NCBI GenBank assembly: GCA_964518155.1
Contig: CAZFDH010000001.1
Location: forward strand, 1 to 52,336
Direction of reading: 5' to 3'
Length of the DNA: 52,336 nt
Origin: Candidatus Woesearchaeota archaeon
Lineage (GTDB): Archaea > Nanobdellota > Nanobdellia > Pacearchaeales > GW2011-AR1
In this document: one piece after another, positions 49,771 to 52,336 of the stretch
How positions within the stretch are numbered: the stretch's first letter is position 1
Layout: every line of letters starts with the position of its first letter
Program-made: the position numbers and the translations under genes
The notes under the pieces: model-generated
Told to the model about the DNA's origin: nothing
Databases searched by the model: none
Seen by the model: only the letters and a program-made list of their open reading frames with translations

Positions 49771-50274
49771 ATGAAAAACAGATACATCGAAGTTAGAGAA
49801 TCGAAAATCCACAATAAAGGAATATTCGCAGCAGAAGATATACCTGAAGGAACAAAGATAATTGAATATATTGGAGAAAAGATTTCAAAAAAAGAAGGAG
49901 ACAAACGTGCGAAAAGAACGACGCTAGACTCAAAGAAAAACCCCATCAATGGAGCGGTTTATATCTTCGAACTAAATAAAAAATATGACATAGACGGAAA
50001 TGTTCCGCAAAATGATGCAAAATATATTAATCATTCATGCAATCCAAACTGCAAGGTAAAAATAATTCAAGGAAAAATATGGATAGTGGCAAAAAGAAAA
50101 ATCTCCAAAGGTGAAGAGTTATTGTATAACTATGGGTACGACATGGAAGATTACCACGAACACGAATGCAAATGTGGCTCAAAGAACTGTGTCGGATACA
50201 TTGTTGGAGAAAATTACAAAGAAGAGCTAATAGAAAAATTATCAGAAAAGATTAAAAATAAGATTTCTGTATAA
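49771..50274 (+). CDS. SET-domain lysine methyltransferase with a post-SET Cys cluster
   Basis: 167 aa. It has NKGIFAAEDIPEGTKIIEYIGE, YINHSCNPNC, GEELLYNYGYD and the post-SET HECKCGSKNCVGY. Confidence 0.8.
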   Translation: MKNRYIEVRESKIHNKGIFAAEDIPEGTKIIEYIGEKISKKEGDKRAKRTTLDSKKNPINGAVYIFELNKKYDIDGNVPQNDAKYINHSCNPNCKVKIIQGKIWIVAKRKISKGEELLYNYGYDMEDYHEHECKCGSKNCVGYIVGENYKEELIEKLSEKIKNKISV

Positions 50275-50278
50275 GAGT

Positions 50279-50806
50279 ATGGAAAAAAAAGAGGTTGAAG
50301 AAAAAATCATTCTTTCTTTAGATAGTTACGACGATATTTTCTCGGATTTCGATCCTAGAGATGATTCAGTAAGAGCGCTCTCGGTTGACTTCTTGGACGA
50401 GTTAAAAAGAGCATCAATGGACAAAAAAAATAAGGCTGATATTAAGTTGCTAGTTCCTTCAAAAACAAGAGACAAAAAAGAGGAAGAAGTAATTAAAGCT
50501 AGATTAAAAAATCATTCTGAAAGACATCATAATCTTTTAAGAAAAGAGAAAAGATCATTCATAACGAAAGGATTGGGATTTTTCTTAAGCGGAATAATTG
50601 TAATGATTCTGGCAACTTATGTTCTTTTAACAATGGATGAAAAAACTGCTGTAAGCAGCTTCCTCTTAATTTTCCTTGAGCCCGCTGGATGGTTTTTGTT
50701 CTGGGAAGGTCTTGATTTGATAATATTCTTCCCTCACGAAAGAAAAGAAAATCTGGACTTTTACAGAAAGCTTGTTAATTCAAAAATAGAATTCGGAACT
50801 TATTGA
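50279..50806 (+). CDS. hypothetical membrane protein
   Basis: 175 aa with a charged N-terminal half and two C-terminal TM helices. I recognise no family. Confidence 0.5.
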   Translation: MEKKEVEEKIILSLDSYDDIFSDFDPRDDSVRALSVDFLDELKRASMDKKNKADIKLLVPSKTRDKKEEEVIKARLKNHSERHHNLLRKEKRSFITKGLGFFLSGIIVMILATYVLLTMDEKTAVSSFLLIFLEPAGWFLFWEGLDLIIFFPHERKENLDFYRKLVNSKIEFGTY

Positions 50807-51081
50807 TACGTTGACTGTAATTCCGCTTCATGAATATCAATTAATCTTTGCCCTTCAGAAGCCGAAATACCCCACTCAAAAAAATCCATAATATCCTCCA
50901 AATCACCCTTATAATCCGCCACCATTCTTAGATTATCCGCATTCTCTAAATGCAAATAAAATCTTTGGCTAACTAAATAATAAGACAAGGCTTCATTATC
51001 CCTAAGATCATCGTCGGACTTTCTAGCCTTTTCAAAATAGAAATCAGCTAAATCTTTAAGTTCTTCTGCTAAAGTCTTCAT
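50800..51081 (-). CDS. hypothetical acidic protein, translationally coupled to the U32 gene
   Basis: 93 aa. Its ATG overlaps the stop of the upstream U32-family gene (ATGA). Confidence 0.45.
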   Translation of the reverse strand: MKTLAEELKDLADFYFEKARKSDDDLRDNEALSYYLVSQRFYLHLENADNLRMVADYKGDLEDIMDFFEWGISASEGQRLIDIHEAELQSTYQ

Positions 51082-52336
51082 CTCACACCTTGTCTTTCAA
51101 ATCTATCTGTAAACAAATAAACCTCGTCGTCAACCCTAACTCTTTCATCCGTTTCTAAAGTAACTTCATCTCCTTTAGTTGCTTTTTGAGCGGTCTTCCC
51201 GCAAACGCGTAAACCTCTAACAAAACCATTTACAATGCCGGTTGTTTTTCCTGTAAAAAATATTTCATCTCCTTCATTCAAATCTTTTTTTCCAGATTCG
51301 TAAACAAATTCTGCAACTTTCAATTTTGGATAATATTTTCTAACTTTTCCAATATAAACTCTTTGTTTTGTTGCGTTGCTTCCGTATTGGCTTGCCCATT
51401 TCTCTGATTCAATTCCCATATAATAACCACCTTTCCAAAATCCTCTATTGAAAACTTTTTCAAGTTCCTTAAGCCAGCCCTCAACTTTCTCTCCACTAAA
51501 CTCTACTTTTTCATATGCTAAAGCTGCTTCCTTATAACACTTCACCGTCGTATAAACATAATCTACCGGCTTTCCCCTTCCTTCAATTTTGAAAACTTCA
51601 ACGCCCGCTTCAATCAATTGCGGAACATTTCCAATTGTGCAAAGATCTTTAGGAGACATAATATATTTGTTATCAGTCTTTAATTCCTCCCCAGTTTCTT
51701 CATCAATAATTTTGTAAGCTTTTCTGCACGGCTGCAAACAGTCGCCTCGATTTGCAGAATGATTTGAACACGCCAAAGAAAAATAACATTTGCCTGAAAC
51801 TGAAATGCAAAGCGCGCCATGAACAAACGCTTCAATTTTTACAAGTTCTCCTTTAGGTCCGCGAATATTTTGTTTTTTAATTTCTTCGTGAATTTTTTTA
51901 ATTTGTTCTAGTTTAAGTTCACGAGCTAAAACAACCACATCAGAAAATTGGGAATAAAATTTTACTGCCTCTACATTAGAAATATTAACTTGAGTTGACA
52001 TATGAACTTCAACGCCTTTCTCACGTGCATACAAAACCGCTGCCATGTCCGACGCAATTATCGCATCAACGCCCGCGCTCTTTGCCGAGTCAATTACCTT
52101 TTTTATTTCTTCAAACTCTTCATCATAGACAACAATGTTAACTGTCAAGTAAGTTTTAACTCTAGCCTTTTTACATATTTTAACAATTTCTTTCAAATCT
52201 TCCTTAGTGAAATTCATCGCTGCTCTCGCCCGCATGTTCAGATTTCCAACTCCAAAATAAACAGAATCAGCTCCCGCTTTTATCGCAGCATTAAGCGATG
52301 CAAAATTCCCTGCCGGCGCCATAATTTCAACTTTAG
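51078..52336 (-). CDS. peptidase U32-family protein (RlhA/TrhP-type), 5' end probably just beyond the window
   Basis: The N-terminal region is (KVEI)MAPAGNFASLNAAIKAGADSVYFG. The U32 core contains FVHGALCISVSGKCYFS and ...NRGDCLQPCRK. The first in-window ATG is at 52322, but the reading frame stays open to the window edge and family N-termini usually begin a few residues earlier. Confidence 0.8.
   Translation of the reverse strand, partial: KVEIMAPAGNFASLNAAIKAGADSVYFGVGNLNMRARAAMNFTKEDLKEIVKICKKARVKTYLTVNIVVYDEEFEEIKKVIDSAKSAGVDAIIASDMAAVLYAREKGVEVHMSTQVNISNVEAVKFYSQFSDVVVLARELKLEQIKKIHEEIKKQNIRGPKGELVKIEAFVHGALCISVSGKCYFSLACSNHSANRGDCLQPCRKAYKIIDEETGEELKTDNKYIMSPKDLCTIGNVPQLIEAGVEVFKIEGRGKPVDYVYTTVKCYKEAALAYEKVEFSGEKVEGWLKELEKVFNRGFWKGGYYMGIESEKWASQYGSNATKQRVYIGKVRKYYPKLKVAEFVYESGKKDLNEGDEIFFTGKTTGIVNGFVRGLRVCGKTAQKATKGDEVTLETDERVRVDDEVYLFTDRFERQGVR

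Overview
This is an AT-rich, gene-dense archaeal chromosomal segment of 52.3 kb. I call about 85 protein-coding genes and 5 tRNA genes. I found no rRNA, transposase, integrase or cas gene. The archaeal assignment rests on several direct observations. There are archaeal/eukaryal-type ribosomal proteins (eL33/L35Ae, uL16/L10e, eS31/S27ae, eS24, uS10). There is a PIN(Fcf1-like)-Rpo7-Spt4-S24e-S27ae operon, the diphthamide enzymes Dph2 and Dph6, and a pilin with a class III signal peptide. TATA-like boxes (TTTAAA/TTTATA) are centred about 25-30 nt upstream of most ATGs, so most genes look leaderless. The many small proteins, trimmed enzymes and membrane-anchored secreted proteins suggest a small-genome DPANN-type archaeon; that part is inference only. 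Recognisable content includes GluRS, HisRS, SerS, ScpA, TrxB, a 2Fe-2S ferredoxin, malic enzyme, MscS, a diadenylate cyclase, Ogt, a TrhO-like rhodanese, a U32 peptidase-family protein, a SET-domain protein, an MFS transporter, an NDH-2-like flavoprotein, two membrane-anchored metzincins and a large glycosylation-sequon-rich beta-helix surface protein. The strongest unexplained signals are as follows. (1) Three of the five tRNA genes (His, Trp, Ser) are followed by a second direct copy of their own terminal nucleotides, and Ser is also preceded by one. The His and Trp trailers are homologous to each other and share an identical 52-nt period, and the tRNA-Ser promoter is phased to the outer 5' copy. 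(2) A 131-aa HEAT-repeat protein looks like exactly one half of eukaryotic deoxyhypusine hydroxylase. (3) A GluRS ends at the catalytic-domain boundary with no anticodon-binding domain. (4) A TrxR-ferredoxin-Dph2 gene string may be an electron supply route for diphthamide synthesis. (5) An uncharacterised three-gene operon lies at 7.5-11.4 kb. (6) A two-unit CRISPR-like repeat sits in the largest intergenic region. (7) A tail-anchored diadenylate cyclase is coupled to MscS.
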